Of a DNA stretch of 64,000 bases, positions 54,364-63,677 are shown in pieces (position 1 is the stretch's first letter; every line of letters starts with the position of its first letter). A program made the position numbers and the translations under genes. The notes under the pieces were generated by a model that had not been told where the DNA came from, did no database searches, and worked only from the letters and a program-made list of their open reading frames with translations. The stretch covers positions 120,131-184,130 of the forward strand of contig JAJPGZ010000012.1 of assembly GCA_021325495.1 (NCBI GenBank). Direction: 5' to 3'. The stretch comes from Spartobacteria bacterium. GTDB taxonomy: Bacteria; Verrucomicrobiota; Verrucomicrobiia; Chthoniobacterales; UBA10450.

Positions 54364-56124
54364 GTGCGAAAACGTCTCCTACCGGACGCCGGTAATTCAC
54401 GCCCGATTTTGAGTTTGTCTCTGTGTGTGATCGGTCTTGGTCTGGCCATCCTGAGCGTAAAGGCGGCCTCACCGCGCGTTTCGTCACAAGCCGCGCTCAG
54501 CAAAATTTCGCCGTGGCTCTCCGCGCATGCGGCCGAATTACAGCCGATGGAATTTCTCGTCGTGCTTGGCGATCAAGCGGACTTGCGCGGCGCAAAGTCG
54601 TTGCGCACGAAGACGGAGAAAGGCCGGTTCGTTCGCGATGCGCTTTGGAACAAGGCGCAATCGGCCCAGGCGCCGTTGCTGAAGTGGTTGCAAGATCGAC
54701 ATGTTGAACACCGCGCGTTTTACATCGTGAACGCGATTTGGGTGAAAGCGCCATTCGCTCTCGCGCAACTAATCGCGCGGCGCGCGGATGTTTTGCGGAT
54801 CGAGGCGAATCCAGAAATCAAAAACGCGGTCGAGCCGACGACGCCTGCAAGATCGACAATGTCGCCGGACGCAGTGGACTGGATCCCGACCGGCATCACT
54901 TACACACGCGCGCCCGACGTTTGGAAAATGGGTTACACGGGCCAGGGAATCGTGGTCGCCGGCGCGGATACCGGTTATCGGTGGGATCACGACGCGCTGA
55001 AGAATCATTATCGCGGCTGGAACGGCACGAGCGCAGACCACAATTACAATTGGCACGACAGCGTTCACGAAAATGCGACCGCGAATTCCTGCGGACATGA
55101 TTCGACAACGCCGTGCGACGATTGGGGCCACGGCACGCACACGATGGGCACGGCGATCGGTGATGATGGCGGCGCGAATCAGATCGGCATGGCGCCGGGC
55201 GCAAAATGGATCGGTTGTCGAAACATGGATGCGAACAACGGGACGCCCACGCGTTACATCGAGTGCATGGAATTTTTCCTCGCGCCATATCCGCTCGGCG
55301 GCGACAAAAACCAGGGCGACGCCAGCAAAGCGCCCGATCTATCGACCAATTCGTGGGGTTGTCCGTCGAGTGAAGGTTGTCCGAGTAGCCTGATGCAAGC
55401 TGCAGTCGAAGCGCAACGCGCAGCGGGCATCGTGTTTGTCGCCGCAGCCGGAAACGGCGGACCAGGATGCACGACCGTGAGCGATGAGCCCGGACTTTAC
55501 GATGCTGCGTATTCCATTGGCGCATTGAATACGGGTGCGGACACGATCGCATCGTTTAGCAGTCGCGGACCCGTCACTGCCGACAACAGTTTACGAATGA
55601 AGCCGGATCTTTGCGCTCCGGGAACGAGTACGTTTTCATGCCTTCGAACTTCGACAAACGCATACGGGACCATGAGTGGCACGTCGATGGCGACGCCGCA
55701 CGTCGCGGGCGCGATCGCATTATTATGGTCGGCGCAGCCAGCATTGCGCCACGATGTTGCGCGCACCGAATCGATTCTCAACAGCACCGCCGTTCATCTC
55801 ACTGGCAGCACGTGCGATCTGCCGACAGCGTCGCCTAACAACACTTTTGGTTACGGTCGCCTCGACATCAAAGCCGCAGTCGATGGCGCGCTTGTCCGCA
55901 CGCTCGGCCTAACGAACGACGTCAACGGATTCAGTGTTAGCTTTTATGCGGTGCAAGGCCTGACCTATCGGCTCGAGCGCAAGATCGACATGTCGGATCC
56001 GAACTGGCAAAGCATCGCTGGTGTTTCCGATTTCACCGCGAGCACGACGGGCCCGGCGTCGATTGTCGATCCAACAGCGGGCGCGGAATCGCAGGCATTT
56101 TATCGCGTGCGGATGTTGCCCTAA
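54364..56124 (+). CDS. Secreted S8-family (subtilisin-like) serine peptidase
   Basis: Triad motifs VVAGADTGY, HGTHTMGT and GTSMATPHVAG, preceded by a signal/propeptide region. Confidence 0.85.
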   Translation: MRKRLLPDAGNSRPILSLSLCVIGLGLAILSVKAASPRVSSQAALSKISPWLSAHAAELQPMEFLVVLGDQADLRGAKSLRTKTEKGRFVRDALWNKAQSAQAPLLKWLQDRHVEHRAFYIVNAIWVKAPFALAQLIARRADVLRIEANPEIKNAVEPTTPARSTMSPDAVDWIPTGITYTRAPDVWKMGYTGQGIVVAGADTGYRWDHDALKNHYRGWNGTSADHNYNWHDSVHENATANSCGHDSTTPCDDWGHGTHTMGTAIGDDGGANQIGMAPGAKWIGCRNMDANNGTPTRYIECMEFFLAPYPLGGDKNQGDASKAPDLSTNSWGCPSSEGCPSSLMQAAVEAQRAAGIVFVAAAGNGGPGCTTVSDEPGLYDAAYSIGALNTGADTIASFSSRGPVTADNSLRMKPDLCAPGTSTFSCLRTSTNAYGTMSGTSMATPHVAGAIALLWSAQPALRHDVARTESILNSTAVHLTGSTCDLPTASPNNTFGYGRLDIKAAVDGALVRTLGLTNDVNGFSVSFYAVQGLTYRLERKIDMSDPNWQSIAGVSDFTASTTGPASIVDPTAGAESQAFYRVRMLP

Positions 56125-56175
56125 CCGAAAAAGGTTGTAGCTGCTGCCTCTCTGGCGGCAGATTCAGTGAGACCA

Positions 56176-57048
56176 ATGAAGATCGTCATCATCGGCTCTG
56201 GTGGCAGGCTCGGCGCCGCATTAGCGCGCGCGCTGACCGGGAAATTCGACGTCACCGGTTTCAATCACGACGCTCTCGACATTGGCAACATCGGCGAGAT
56301 CCACGCGTGCCTCGACCGCTTGAAGTTCGACGTGCTCATCAACGCCGCCGGACTCACCGATGTCGATCTTTGCGAAAAGGAACCAGACCGCGCCTTCCGC
56401 ATCAACACGGAAGCGCCGCAGGTTTTGGCGCGGGTTTGTCGCGACAAGAACGCGAGGCTGATTCACTTCAGCACCGATTACGTTTTCGATGGCGAAAAAC
56501 GCGAGCCCTATACGGAAGACGATGTCGCCAAGCCGATCAGTATTTACGGCGCATCCAAGCGCGCCGGCGAAGAATCGGTCCTGGGCGTGCAAGATCGACA
56601 TCTTATTGTGCGCGTCTCGTGGGTATTCGGTCCGGATCGTCCGAGTTTCATCGATGGAGTGATCCGGCGCGCGATGGAAACCGAGGAGATCGAAGCGGTG
56701 GCAGACAAGTTCTCCCTCCCCACTTATACGATGGACATCGCCGAAATGTTGCCGCGATTGTTCGATAGCAATGTTCCGGGCGGAATTCTGCACTTTTGCA
56801 ACAGCGGCGAATGCAGCTGGCAATCCTACGCGCAACACGCGCTCGATTGTTGCCATAAGTTCGGCGTGAACGTGAAAGCGAAAACGGTCGCGCCGGTGAA
56901 AATGGAGAACATGAAAAACTTCGTGGCGCGCCGGCCGGTTTATTCAGTGTTGTCCACGGAGAAATACAAAAAGCTCGCCGGCGGCGCACCGCGCCCTTGG
57001 CGAGATGCGGTCGCCGATTATATTAAGAGCCACTATTCCAAAACATGA
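56176..57048 (+). CDS. rfbD: dTDP-4-dehydrorhamnose reductase
   Basis: ATG at 56176 (MKIVIIGSGGRLG). YGASKRAGE motif. Confidence 0.85.
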   Translation: MKIVIIGSGGRLGAALARALTGKFDVTGFNHDALDIGNIGEIHACLDRLKFDVLINAAGLTDVDLCEKEPDRAFRINTEAPQVLARVCRDKNARLIHFSTDYVFDGEKREPYTEDDVAKPISIYGASKRAGEESVLGVQDRHLIVRVSWVFGPDRPSFIDGVIRRAMETEEIEAVADKFSLPTYTMDIAEMLPRLFDSNVPGGILHFCNSGECSWQSYAQHALDCCHKFGVNVKAKTVAPVKMENMKNFVARRPVYSVLSTEKYKKLAGGAPRPWRDAVADYIKSHYSKT

Positions 57049-57743
57049 AAACAACTCTCTGCGGAATCACCTTGTCGATCTTTCTCTGCGCCGGCGCGCG
57101 CGCGGAATTGAAGTGGGAGCAAACGCAGATCGAGCTGCATCCCAAGCCTAACGACAAGCAGGCGGTCGCGCATTTTAAATACGAAAACATCGGCAAGACG
57201 CCGGTCCATTTTAAATCTGTGCACGCCTCGTGCGGTTGCACCACGGCCCAGACGCAGAAAACCGAAGTGCCGCCCGGCGAAAAGGGCGAAATCACCGCCA
57301 CATTCAACATCGGCGGTCGCACCGGGCTTCAGATGAAAACCGTTGCGGTGGTGACGGACGATCCGAAAAGTCCGAACACGACCCTGACTTTGAAGGCGAT
57401 CTTGCCGCAGATGCTCACAGTCAATCCGACATTCGTGTTTTGGAAAGGCGGCGAAGAACCGAAACCGAAAACGATTAACATCAAAGGCGGCTCGGATTTC
57501 GTGGTCAAGAACGTGAAGGTCACGCCGTCGAATCCCGAATTCACCACGAGCGTAGAGCCGAGCGGGGCCAGTGAGTGGAAAGTGAGCGTGCAACCCAAGT
57601 CCACCGACAAGGGTATGGCCGGAACGCTGACCATCGTGCCGGACTCACCGGATGTGGCCGCGCCCCAAGCGTATTACGCGAACGTGAGTGTGACCGCGAC
57701 CCCGCCGCCCGCGGCGGCGCCTTCACCGACGCCATCGCATTGA
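57045..57743 (+). CDS. DUF1573-domain protein
   Basis: Signal peptide and the HASCGCT motif typical of DUF1573. The C-terminus is Pro/Ala-rich. Confidence 0.75.
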   Translation: MKTTLCGITLSIFLCAGARAELKWEQTQIELHPKPNDKQAVAHFKYENIGKTPVHFKSVHASCGCTTAQTQKTEVPPGEKGEITATFNIGGRTGLQMKTVAVVTDDPKSPNTTLTLKAILPQMLTVNPTFVFWKGGEEPKPKTINIKGGSDFVVKNVKVTPSNPEFTTSVEPSGASEWKVSVQPKSTDKGMAGTLTIVPDSPDVAAPQAYYANVSVTATPPPAAAPSPTPSH

Positions 57744-57744
57744 T

Positions 57745-58176
57745 GTGATCGCGCGCGCCTTGCGGCAGGCGGCGCTGCTCGTCGTGCTGGCATTCCTGCC
57801 CGCGATCGGCGAAGCCGTTTATTTTCGCGGCAAAGTTCCGTGGCAATCCCGCCTAACGAGCGGCCAGACTGTCGATGTCGATCTTGCGCGAAGCTGGGGC
57901 GAGAACGCGATGTGGGTCGATGCTCGCCCGGACAACGAATTCGCAGCCGATCACATTCCGAACGCAATTTTGCTGAACGAAGATCGCTGGAACGATTTGC
58001 TCCCGCAATTTCTCGCGCATTGGTCGCCGGAGAAAAAGATTGTCGTCTACTGCAGCGCCGCCAGCTGCAATCTGGCCGAGGAGGTCGCGCGCCGTCTGCG
58101 CGACGAAGCAAAATTGCCTAACGACATCCGCGTCCTGCAAGGCGGCTGGGAAGAATGGCAGAAGAAAAACAAATGA
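57745..58176 (+). CDS. Membrane-anchored rhodanese-domain protein
   Basis: An N-terminal TM helix and the rhodanese active-site loop VVYCSAASCNLAE. Confidence 0.75.
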   Translation: MIARALRQAALLVVLAFLPAIGEAVYFRGKVPWQSRLTSGQTVDVDLARSWGENAMWVDARPDNEFAADHIPNAILLNEDRWNDLLPQFLAHWSPEKKIVVYCSAASCNLAEEVARRLRDEAKLPNDIRVLQGGWEEWQKKNK

Positions 58177-58595
58177 AGATCGCATGGCGCATTGTCGATC
58201 TTATCGTGGGCGGATTGTTCATCTACGCCGGAGTTCTCAAAGTCATCGACCCGATCCAATTCGCGCGCGACATCGATAACTACAAAATTCTTCCGTGGTC
58301 GATCGGCGTCCGGCTCGCCTTTTTTCTGCCGTGGCTGGAAATTTTTTGCGGACTCGCGCTCATCCTCCGTCGCCTTTATCTCGGTGGATTGTCGATCTTA
58401 TCCATACTCATGGGCGTCTTCCTCGCCGCATCGCTGATCGCCAAAGCGCGCGGCCTCGACATTAGTTGCGGCTGCTTCGGTCGCGTCAGCAAAAATTTCA
58501 GCTTTGCCTGGCACCTCACGCTCGACTTCGCAATTTTCGCCGCAATCATCGCGCTTTGGTTCGCGCAAAAAAATGAGCGAGGAACTCGACACTAA
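58155..58595 (+). CDS. MauE/DoxX-family membrane protein
   Basis: 146 aa with four TM helices and a CGCFG motif. Confidence 0.7.
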   Translation: MAEEKQMKIAWRIVDLIVGGLFIYAGVLKVIDPIQFARDIDNYKILPWSIGVRLAFFLPWLEIFCGLALILRRLYLGGLSILSILMGVFLAASLIAKARGLDISCGCFGRVSKNFSFAWHLTLDFAIFAAIIALWFAQKNERGTRH

Positions 58596-59259
58596 AGTTA
58601 AGCTCGCGATTTATGATCTGACCGCGGCGACCGGTCAGGTCCCGAATTCATCCGAAGTCGCGCGCAAGATCGACATCGACGAAAGCGAAGTGCTCGCGGC
58701 GTTCGCGCATTTGTATGCGAAGCGGCTCATTTTTCCCGAGCCCGGCGATCCCACGCGCATCCGCATGGCGCCGCCTTTTTCCGGCGTGCCGACTTCGTTT
58801 CCGGTGGAAGCGAATAACAAACGCTACTACGCGAATTGCGTTTGGGACGCGTACGGAATTGCCGCCGCCTTGCATTCCGATGCCGTCAGTCACGCGCGCG
58901 ACGGTTACTCCGGCGAGCCGCTCACGCTCGAAGTGCGAAACAATCAGCCGGTCCTGAAACCGTACCTCGCGCACTTTGCCGTGCCCGCGGCGGATTGGTG
59001 GGACGACCTCGTTTTCACCTGAGCGACCATGCTCCTCTTCCGGTCGGAAGAGAATGTCGATCTTTGGTGCAAAGCGAACAACATTCCGCGGCGGCCGCTT
59101 ATAAATCTCGAGCAGCTTTGGCAACTCGCCCTCACCTGGTACGCAAATCGCCTGACGGTGGAATCGCGTCGCCCGAAACCGGACGAAATGGTGTCGATCT
59201 TCGCCTCGATCGGCCTAACGGGTCCGTTTTGGGACCCGAAATCCGACCAATGGAACTAG
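58573..59259 (+). CDS. Alkylmercury-lyase (MerB) family protein with an in-frame TGA at 59020-59022: selenocysteine candidate or pseudogene
   Basis: ORFs 58504..59022 and 59029..59259 are in the same frame and are separated only by TGA GCG ACC. YANCVWD matches MerB YAWCALD (Cys96/Asp99). The TGA aligns with catalytic Cys159: LVFT-U-ATMLLFRSEENVDLW versus QSFC-C-HVHFFASVPTAEDW. Confidence 0.6.
59024..59059 (+). promoter_or_regulatory. SECIS-like stem-loop immediately 3-prime of the in-frame UGA
   Basis: Upper stem CTCTTCC (59035-59041) / GGAAGAG (59046-59052) with tetraloop GGTC (59042-59045). Lower stem CGAC..AT (59024-59030) pairs with AT.GTCG (59054-59059). The loop G residues are 23-24 nt from the U of UGA. 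Confidence 0.5.
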
Positions 59260-59765
59260 AGATTCGTCTCGCGAGTTCGGGAGATCGCGACGAAATTTGG
59301 AAAATTTTTCGCGAGACCATTAAGGCTGGCGATACCTATGCGATCGATCCGGAAATCAGTCGCGACGATGCGCTCGCATACTGGTTTGCAACCGGAACGC
59401 GCACCTGCGTTGCCGTGCAAGATCGACAACTACTCGGCACATATATTTTGCGACCGAACCAGGCGGGCGGCGGCGCCCATGTCGCGAACGCGGCATTCAT
59501 CGTCGCGCAAGACGCGCGCAGCAAAGGAGTCGGTCGCGCCATGGCGGTCCATTGTTTGGAGGAAGCACGGCGACTCGGCTTTCGCGCGATGCAATTTAAC
59601 TTCGTTGTCTCGACGAATGAATCCGCCATTCGCTTGTGGAAAGATCTCGGCTTCGAAATCGTCGCGACCTTGCCGAAAGCGTTTCGGCATCCGACGAAAG
59701 ATTATGTCGATGTTTACGTGATGTTTCGCTCGCTCGCGCAAAATTCTGAGGCAAATTCGGCCTAA
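59250..59765 (+). CDS. GNAT-family N-acetyltransferase
   Basis: ATG at 59250 (MELEIRLASSGDRDEI). Acetyl-CoA loop QDARSKGVGRAM. Confidence 0.8.
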   Translation: MELEIRLASSGDRDEIWKIFRETIKAGDTYAIDPEISRDDALAYWFATGTRTCVAVQDRQLLGTYILRPNQAGGGAHVANAAFIVAQDARSKGVGRAMAVHCLEEARRLGFRAMQFNFVVSTNESAIRLWKDLGFEIVATLPKAFRHPTKDYVDVYVMFRSLAQNSEANSA

Positions 59766-59767
59766 CG

Positions 59768-60094
59768 ATGCAAACCATCATCCAGGTCATCGCCACCGGC
59801 CGCGGTTCGTTGCGGACTCAGATCATGAGCGATCCGCAACTCGAGAAAAAATTCGGCTTCGAAAAAATTTGGGCGAAACAGCCGGGACGCCCGCACGGTT
59901 GGGCGAAGATCCACAGCGCCCGCGACGTTCACGGCGCGATCAATCTCGAATGGCACGCGCGGAGTTGCACACTCATCTGTCGCGTCGTCACCAAACTCGG
60001 CCACAAACCGAATTCGATCATCGGCGACTTCATCGATTATCTGCTCGCGCGACATCAAAGCCGCATTCTCGCCATTCACATCATGCGGCGGTGA
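59768..60094 (+). CDS. Hypothetical protein
   Basis: 108-aa ORF in a coding-like context. I recognise no family. Confidence 0.4.
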   Translation: MQTIIQVIATGRGSLRTQIMSDPQLEKKFGFEKIWAKQPGRPHGWAKIHSARDVHGAINLEWHARSCTLICRVVTKLGHKPNSIIGDFIDYLLARHQSRILAIHIMRR

Positions 60095-60097
60095 AAT

Positions 60098-60385
60098 CTA
60101 TTTCCGGCGAATGCGATCGAGCAGCCTCGCCATCGCGCTCTTCTTTTCCGGCGGCGACGGCGAAATGTTCATGTCGATCTTGACCGTCGTGCGCGGTGGC
60201 GGTGCGAAGGAAATGCGCTGCGTTTTTGCGAGGATGCGGTATTGCGCGACCGGTTTCCAATCGCTCATCCCTTCGTGCCAGTAGAAATCTTCCTTCAGTT
60301 CGCCGGCGAGAATTCTGCGGTTGAACTCCTCCTCGCGGAATTCGCCTAACGAAGTGCCGTCGATGCGACAAACGTGAAAGATCAT
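60098..60385 (-). CDS. GYF_2 (DUF4339)-like small protein
   Basis: ORF trimmed to the ATG at 60385 (MIFHVCRIDGTSLGEFREEEF...YWHEGMSDWKPV). It overlaps the upstream gene by ATGA. Confidence 0.6.
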   Translation of the reverse strand: MIFHVCRIDGTSLGEFREEEFNRRILAGELKEDFYWHEGMSDWKPVAQYRILAKTQRISFAPPPRTTVKIDMNISPSPPEKKSAMARLLDRIRRK

Positions 60386-63099
60386 TTTCGATTTGCGATG
60401 GTGCCGAATTCGCCTTGCTGGTGAATTAGTTTCGCGACTAACGCGGTCCAACCGGTTTGATGCGACGCGCCCAGCCCCGCGCCGGTGTCGCCGTGAAAAT
60501 ACTCGTGAAACAAATAGAGATGTCGATCTTCCTTCTGCGCTGTAGGGGACGCTGTTAGCGTCCCAGGGAAGCTGGCAGCTTCGCCTACAGAAGAAGAATT
60601 TTGCATAGCGCGCTCGAAGGGTCTCTCGCCGGATTCGTTAGGCAGAAAAAGTTTAATTAAACGGTTCGATAATTCGTTCGCGATTTCCTTCAAGGTTAGC
60701 AAATTTCCCGAGCCGGTCGGACATTCCACTTTGAAATCGTCGCCGTAGTAATGATGAAACTGCTGCAATGATTCGATCAGGAGATAATTGATCGGGAACC
60801 AGACCGGTCCGCGCCAGTTCGAGTTGCCGCCGAAAATCCCGGTCTGCGATTCCGCCGGTTCGTAGGAAACAATCTTTTCTTCGTCGCGAATCGTTAGCCG
60901 ATACGGATTTCGTTCGTGAAATTTGCTGAGTGAACGCACGCCGTAGTCGCTGAGAAATTCATCCGGATCGAGCATGCGCCGCAACAAACATTTCATGCGA
61001 TGACCGCGGGTGAGCGCAACCAGCCGGCGCTCTTTCATTCCCGGCTCCTGCCAGCGCGAGACGAGACTGGCGAGGTCGGGCCGATGTTCGAGATACCATT
61101 CGAGACGCGCCTTGAATCCGGGCAGCGCGTCGATGAGTTGCCATTGAATCGTCTCGACCGCGAGGAGCGGCATCAAACCGACTAACGAACGCACTTTTAG
61201 CGGAATGTAACGTCCGCCCGGCGTGTGCAGGACGTCGTAATAAAATTCGTCCTCTTCATTCCACAGCCCGATGCCTTTGCCGCCGAGATTGTTCATGGCG
61301 GCGGCGATGCTGAGGAAATGCTCGAAGAATTTGGTGGCGATGTTTTCGTAAACGTGATTCTCGGCCGCGAGCTCGATCGCGATCCGCATCAAATTGAGCG
61401 AAAACATTCCCATCCAGCTCGTCCCGTCGCTTTGTTCGAGATGCGAGCCGTCGGGAAAGCGCGCGCTGCGATCGAAGACGCCGATATTGTCGAGTCCGAG
61501 AAATCCGCCTTCGAAAATGTTGCGACCGGTTGAGTCCTTGCGATTCACCCACCAGGTGAACGCGAGCAGCATTTTGTGAAAGACGGTTTCAAGAAATGCG
61601 CGATCGCCTTTGCCGGTTTGTTTGCGTTCGATCTGGTAAATGCGCCACGCCGCCCATGCCAGCACCGGCGGATTCACATCGCCGAAATTCCATTCATACG
61701 CGGGAATCTGTCCGTTCGGATGTTGGAACCATTCGCGCACGACGACATCGATCTGTGATTTGGCGAATGCAGGATCGACAAGTGCCAGCGGGATGCAGTG
61801 AAAGGCGAGGTCCCACGAGGCGTACCACGGATACTCCCACTTGTCCGGCATCGACATCACGCGCTCGTTGTAGAGATGCTGCCAATCGAAATTGCGTCCG
61901 GAATAGCGTTCGTTAGGCGGCGGTGGTTGGGCCGGGTCGCCCTCAAGCCATTGCTCGACGATGTAATGATAGAATTGCTTGTTCCAGATCAGCCCGGCGA
62001 GCGCCTGTCGGTAAACGGCGCAATGGTCGCTCGTTAGGCAACTCGACTCCCGCTGCGCGTAAAATTCGTCCGCTTCCGCTTTGCGCGCGGCGAAGACGGC
62101 GTCGAAATCTTTGAACGCGTCGCGGGCATTTCGTCCGGGGAGTTCGTCGCGCTTGGTTAGGCGCAACCTGACGCCAACGCTTTCGCCCGCTGCGATGACG
62201 AAGCGATAATGCGCCGCGGCTTTCGTTCCGACTTTGTTCGGATTAACGATGTCGATCTTGTCCTGAATCACGGCATCGCCGATGGAATCCTTCACATAAC
62301 GCGAGTGGTTCGGAACGCCCCACAGCCGCTCGAGATTGGAATCGTTTTCAGTGAAGAGCAGTCGCTCCGCTTTTTCGCAATGGAGACGATACGTGCCGAG
62401 CAAGTTGTGACTAAGCTCGATCTCGTTAGGCGTTCGCTCTTGCAAGTTCGGTTTGTCGTTGTCCCGCCCCCAGCACCACGTGTTCCGAAACCAAATCGTC
62501 GGCAAGATGTGCAGCGTGGCCGGTTCGGGACCGCGGTTGGTCGCAGTCGCGCGAATCAGAATGTCGAACGGCGACGCTTTCGCGTATTCGACTTCGACGT
62601 CGAAGAAGCGATTCTCGGCGAACACATCGGTGTTCCAGATTTCGAACTCGCCTTCGCTCTTGGAACGTGCGCCGCTTCGCCTAACGAGCTCGTCATACGG
62701 AAACGCGGCCTGCGGATAACGGTACAAGATCGACATGTAACTGTGGCTCGGCGTCGCGTCGGTGTACCAATAAAGCTCCTTCACATCTTCGCCGTGATTC
62801 CCCTGCGGCCCGCTCACGCCGAAAAGTCGCTCCTTCAAAAACCCGTCGCGCTCATTCCAAAATGCGAATGCAAAACAGAGCCGACCTTTGAAATCGGAAA
62901 TGCCGGCGAGGCCATCTTCATTCCAGCGATACGCGCGCGAACGGGCGTGATCATGCGGCAAATAATTCCAGGCGTCGCCGTTCGCGCTGTAATCTTCGCG
63001 CACCGTGCCCCACGCCCGCTCGGCCAGATACGGGCCCCAGAAATACCACGGTTCGTTAGGCGAATTATTTTCCGCCAGTCGCTGCTGCTCGGCGTTCAT
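60382..63099 (-). CDS. GH63-like (alpha/alpha)6 glucosidase-type glycoside hydrolase
   Basis: 905 aa. C-terminal catalytic region ...FHEYFHGDTGAGLGASHQTGWT. Confidence 0.85.
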   Translation of the reverse strand: MNAEQQRLAENNSPNEPWYFWGPYLAERAWGTVREDYSANGDAWNYLPHDHARSRAYRWNEDGLAGISDFKGRLCFAFAFWNERDGFLKERLFGVSGPQGNHGEDVKELYWYTDATPSHSYMSILYRYPQAAFPYDELVRRSGARSKSEGEFEIWNTDVFAENRFFDVEVEYAKASPFDILIRATATNRGPEPATLHILPTIWFRNTWCWGRDNDKPNLQERTPNEIELSHNLLGTYRLHCEKAERLLFTENDSNLERLWGVPNHSRYVKDSIGDAVIQDKIDIVNPNKVGTKAAAHYRFVIAAGESVGVRLRLTKRDELPGRNARDAFKDFDAVFAARKAEADEFYAQRESSCLTSDHCAVYRQALAGLIWNKQFYHYIVEQWLEGDPAQPPPPNERYSGRNFDWQHLYNERVMSMPDKWEYPWYASWDLAFHCIPLALVDPAFAKSQIDVVVREWFQHPNGQIPAYEWNFGDVNPPVLAWAAWRIYQIERKQTGKGDRAFLETVFHKMLLAFTWWVNRKDSTGRNIFEGGFLGLDNIGVFDRSARFPDGSHLEQSDGTSWMGMFSLNLMRIAIELAAENHVYENIATKFFEHFLSIAAAMNNLGGKGIGLWNEEDEFYYDVLHTPGGRYIPLKVRSLVGLMPLLAVETIQWQLIDALPGFKARLEWYLEHRPDLASLVSRWQEPGMKERRLVALTRGHRMKCLLRRMLDPDEFLSDYGVRSLSKFHERNPYRLTIRDEEKIVSYEPAESQTGIFGGNSNWRGPVWFPINYLLIESLQQFHHYYGDDFKVECPTGSGNLLTLKEIANELSNRLIKLFLPNESGERPFERAMQNSSSVGEAASFPGTLTASPTAQKEDRHLYLFHEYFHGDTGAGLGASHQTGWTALVAKLIHQQGEFGTIANRK
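60540..60590. other. 51-nt nested-hairpin, in-frame segment inside the GH63-like gene
   Basis: An outer stem CTGTAG (60540-60545) / CTACAG (60585-60590) encloses GGGACGC-TGTTA-GCGTCCC (60546-60564) and GAAGCT-GGC-AGCTTC (60568-60582). It encodes SVGEAASFPGTLTASPT (17 codons). Confidence 0.45.
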
Positions 63100-63143
63100 G
63101 GGTTTGCGACGGTCATAGACCGCCGCTACATTTTTAGCGAGCG

Positions 63144-63677
63144 ATGAATGCGACTGTCGATCCGAACATCACGATGCGGGAACTGCTGGAGCAATTTCCC
63201 GGCGCGCAGCGTGCGCTCTTTCGCAAATATCACATCGGCGGTTGCAGCAGCTGCGGGTTTTCGCCGGAGGAAACGCTCGCCGGCGTCTGTGCGCGCAATG
63301 AAAATGTCGATGTCGATCTTGCCATTGAGCACATCATCGCGAGCGAAGAAGCCGAGCGGGCGATGCAGATTGCGCCGCGCGAATTGGCGGAGCGATTGAA
63401 GAATGAAAAAATTCAGCTCGTCGATGTCCGCACGCGTGAAGAATTCGAAGCGGTCAAGATCGACAAGGCGCATTTGTTTACCGCGGAGTTGATGTCGCAG
63501 TTATCGCCCTCGGTTCCGACGGTGATTTACGATCATACCGACGGGCGCAGCCTCGACGCCGCCGCCTATTTTCAAGGACACGGATTCAGCGACGTGAAAG
63601 CGCTGCGCGGCGGGATCGACGCGTGGAGTGTCGAGGTCGATCCAAAATTACCGCGCTATCATCTGGAAAATGCCTAA
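63144..63677 (+). CDS. DUF1858 (redox-disulfide-like) plus rhodanese-domain protein
   Basis: N-terminal HIGGCSSCGF motif. The C-terminal rhodanese fold has Asp in place of the catalytic Cys (VIYDHTDGRS). Confidence 0.7.
   Translation: MNATVDPNITMRELLEQFPGAQRALFRKYHIGGCSSCGFSPEETLAGVCARNENVDVDLAIEHIIASEEAERAMQIAPRELAERLKNEKIQLVDVRTREEFEAVKIDKAHLFTAELMSQLSPSVPTVIYDHTDGRSLDAAAYFQGHGFSDVKALRGGIDAWSVEVDPKLPRYHLENA

Noticed and set aside
58504-59259. Treating 58504..59022 and 59029..59259 as two independent small genes
   Set aside because: They share one frame, and together they reconstitute a complete MerB-family protein. The second ORF alone would start in the middle of a conserved motif. They are reported instead as one gene with an in-frame UGA (Sec candidate or pseudogene).
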